This document shows, piece by piece, positions 60,321 through 64,000 of a stretch of DNA of 64,000 nt. The notes beneath the pieces are model-generated. The model worked only from the letters and a program-made list of their open reading frames with translations. It was not told the origin of the DNA and did no database searches. Within the stretch, counting starts at the first letter, position 1, and every line of letters starts with the position of its first letter. Position numbers and translations under genes: made by a program. The stretch comes from Octopus sinensis (lineage: Eukaryota), in NCBI RefSeq assembly GCF_006345805.1, contig NC_043006.1:36580001-36644000 (forward strand). Reading direction: 5' to 3'.

Positions 60321-63300
60321 AATTAATTTTATTTTTCAAATATTTAAAAACTCTTTTGGCTTTTTTATAAACCTATGTTTATTAAGGTATAATTTTTAAC
60401 TCCTTGAGATGTTGATGGAAATATTTAATATGAATAGACCAATATCTGTAGCAATATTGTTATTACCCAACAAAGGAGATTCTACGAGGTCATTTGACAG
60501 GCTAAAAACAGCAGCCAAGAACCAACTTTAAAAAAAAAAAGGTTATGTAGTGATGAGTACACTATCAATAAAAGTAAGACATGATGATCATAAGTTATAA
60601 AGGCCTTTGATATTATGTCTGGTTAATCACAGCCAACTTGGAATTAAACAACAATAATATTGTTACTATTGATGCATTCATATTTTAAGAAATCATAGAA
60701 TGGTGAAAATCATTCAAATTTTCACATTCTACATAATTACATGTGTCTGTTAGTAGATGGGTGATGATCCTACTGCCATTAGTAATATATCAACTAGAAT
60801 GAACAGATTCACTTTAACTCAAAGTATCTCAGCTATTTGAAAAGCGAACTATACTTTGTGTTCAAATGAAAGATGTCCACCGGATGTATCTTTTCTTGCT
60901 GATCCCATAAAAATATATTAAAGAGAAACAAAATTATGCAGCCTTCAATAATTGCCATTTGTAAATATCTGTCTTATTTGCAATTACAAAGGTGTTTCAA
61001 TGAAAACTTGTCAATACAAAGCAAACAGAAAATCCAGTCTATAATTGTTTTTTAGTCAACCTTCCCTCCTAATTCATTTCATTCCTAATTGCTCTTATAT
61101 ATTTTATTATTATAATTCTCTTTTTTTAAAATATATTCTAAATAGGCTGATTTCATAATACTCAATGTAAAGAAAGTGCTTTTCAGTTTAGAATTTCTAG
61201 CAAAGATGAATAGGCAACAATTATTGATCAATAAGAAATGAAATATGAAAAAGTAAGCTAAATTTACTATTAGAATAAAATTTAATTTTTCTGCATTGCC
61301 TGTAAAAATAAGTGGACTAGAATGAAAAATGTGATTAAGGGATAACAATACTCTTAAGTAATTAATAAACCTGGAAAAATACAGGGCAAGAAGTAAGCCT
61401 AAAATAAAAGAAAAGGGCTTGAAATATGGCAGCTAAAATAAAATCCGAATGGGTTGCCAGTTAAATAAAATATTCAAATAAACCAAGCCATACTACTCAT
61501 TGAGATCTTTTAAAAGGGTATAATTAAGGTATAGTTTACTTTCCACATATCTGAGATATTCAGTCATCTTTTTTCTATTTAATATCTTTTAATGAGGTCT
61601 TCATCAGAAGATTCTACTCATCAAGATCTTTTAAAAGAATATAATTAAAATATAGTTTTTCTTTTAAGTAACTGAGAAATTATGAGTCAAAGTAAATATT
61701 AGGTGTTACTCTCCCATTTTTGATTCTACATTTTTTATCATAACTTTTTTTCTACAGAACCAAATTCCGATTGTTTTATATCAAAATGTAGCTTACCACT
61801 GGCCCATCATAGTGCAAAAGAAAAAACAAATTAAGATTACACTAAAACTGAATGGTTGGCTGCATGTGAATAAAAGTTGACCCTAAGAATATCATTCACA
61901 CTGCCGTGTGGGAATAATAAGGCCATTATGAATCATCTGAACAAATACCAGTTTGGCCTAATTAATAAATGAGCAATTACAATTTTATGGAAGTGGATAA
62001 GCAGAAATGTTAAAATACCTCATTAAATATAAATGCCTTACAGTATTTAAGTTATATATTGCATTCAAACCTTGCTATGTTTGACTTTGCCTTTCACCCT
62101 TTTACTGGGTGATTAGTCAACTGTATCCTTCTCCTTCACAGTTTTCAGGTCATGAACCTTTATAAGAAATCCTTATGGTTAGATATATCATACACATCCC
62201 AGGAAAATATACATACATACACACACTTTTTGTGCAATAAGTTTTTATGTGGGTTGGCTAGGTGGCAGAATGTAAAAATGGTTGAGATATACCAAGTTTA
62301 AGAATAAGCACACATCAACAGCTTCAGGTACATGCCCCATTTTTGCATCCTCTCTACCTATCTCTTAATCCATGCAAGAGATAATGGGATTAAAGAATGG
62401 AGAATGCTAAGAGCCAGATAGTTCAAATAATAACAATTTAATGCATTATTTAATTTTTCTCTTCCCCTCTCCCTCACAAAATTAGTTGGGAATTTTATGG
62501 TGGTGGATGAAGGGTATAATTAATTTTTTATATTTAATTAACATCTTATTTTTATTTATATTCTTGCCATCCTTTTAAAACTTTAATGATTGTGATGTCT
62601 GTTTCAGTTTGTGTGAAAATGTTTTCTTTTCTCTTTTCTACCTTTCAACCCTAATAAAATGTCTCTCAAATACTCTGCTATTTTTATGCTAAGCTAAATT
62701 ATTCACATTTGATGCTTTTCTTGTTCAAGTTCAGATATAAGCATACATGCACAATCATTGCATAGTTACTTCACACACACACACACATCCCATACTTCAA
62801 TTTTTTTTTTTTTTTTACCAAAAAAGACAGATTTCTAGGATCTATGTCTGTTAATTTCCTATTCTACTACTTCCTTGACCTCAGGCAATTTTTCATTCTA
62901 TTCTTACCCACTTTCTACTGTTTCATGTTTCCCTCTCATGTGAGCCGAGAAGACCCCCCCCCCCCAACTATTCCCATCTAGATACCTGGCAGTATTCAAA
63001 TCTCACCAAAGATAACTTAATCTTTCATTTGATAAAATAAAGTACCATTCAAGTACGAGGCCGATATAAATCAACTATATGATCCACTAAAATTCATGAT
63101 TATATATACTTATGTTTAGAAATCAATATTTAGTCATGTCCCTCTAAGTTCACATTCTATTAGGGTCCACTTGACCTTTCAAACTTTCACAGCCAATAGA
63201 TTGGATTACTTGCACCAATTCAGTCAATTATCCTCCTCCCTGCCACCACTAATTTGTGGTTTTGTGCCAACCATTAAAAAATCCTTATTTACAAATTCAT

Positions 63301-64000
63301 CTTCAATAGTAAACCTAAATAATAAGTTGTATCTAAGTGGTGATCAATTAATTACTATTAGCTTTGAGGGACATGAAACAGTTTTTAATGGCAAAGCTCA
63401 AAGGAGATAAAACTATAAATAAGAATGTAAATATTAGGTTAAAAATATATCCGTTCAATGGAAAAGATGAAAATTTCTCAAAAGGACATCTGTCATGTTT
63501 ATGAGACGACGTGGGTCCAAGTCCTGATGGAAAAAGTTTTAAATATTTTTCTATCCAAGGTTTTGAGGGTTTTTTTTTTTTTTAACCTAATATGCTACAC
63601 ACTATTATTTATAGCTTTATCTGCTTCAAGTTCCACCATTAAAAGCAATTTATTACTATCAACTTCATTTTATTTGATGAGTTGACTGTTTTTTTTTAAT
63701 AAACAATAGCAATTTTTTTCTCTAACTAAATCTGGAAAAAAAAAAGCATCTTTTCGATGCTTCTTTCTCTTTCTCATTCAGAATTATAAATGATTAACAT
63801 AAAAAGGTGAGTTGAACTAAAGTTTGACTCAAAACCATTATATGACAAATACGTAAATTATCCACGTTATTCTGCAACCATTAATAAAACAAACATTTTA
63901 ATGCATCTTGTAAGTCATTTAGTTCCCCCTTTACCCCTGCCAAAAACAGATTCTAAGGACGTGCAAAACCTCAGCTTAAAAAAAAAAAAAAGAGTTATTC

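Noticed and set aside
56620-64000. Apparently repeat-poor region as a very long 3' UTR or a second gene
   Set aside because: Decayed SINEs are present (about 59050, 59565, 62990) and no credible exons were found; 3'-end RNA data are needed.
1-64000. CRISPR arrays, rRNA or true tRNA genes
   Set aside because: None seen; the tRNA-like boxes are SINE heads without a full cloverleaf.

Overview
AT-rich animal genomic DNA packed with SINEs and microsatellites; the repeat landscape looks like an Octopus (cephalopod) genome, which is an inference. One protein-coding gene spans about 54 kb on the + strand. Its 23 GT-AG coding exons (1690-55202) are phase-consistent and splice into 1241 aa of a 5'-incomplete ADAM (disintegrin and metalloprotease). 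The domains are prodomain end, reprolysin domain with a Glu-less zinc motif ([12 protein letters not shown]), disintegrin, Cys-rich, EGF, Ser/Thr stalk, transmembrane helix and a ~580-aa cytoplasmic tail. This fits the non-catalytic mind-meld/UNC-71 class, analogous to ADAM11/22/23. A candidate 27-nt frame-preserving microexon lies just after the zinc motif. The introns hold a young RTE LINE (one frameshift, PHD-like finger inside the RT), R4/Dong-type 3' fragments in (TAA)n SINE tails, bipartite RTE-derived elements with a possible HDV-like pseudoknot, mariner fragments, piggyBac and pogo-like MITEs, and many tRNA-derived SINEs. Exon coordinates were read by hand; most repeat boundaries are approximate.
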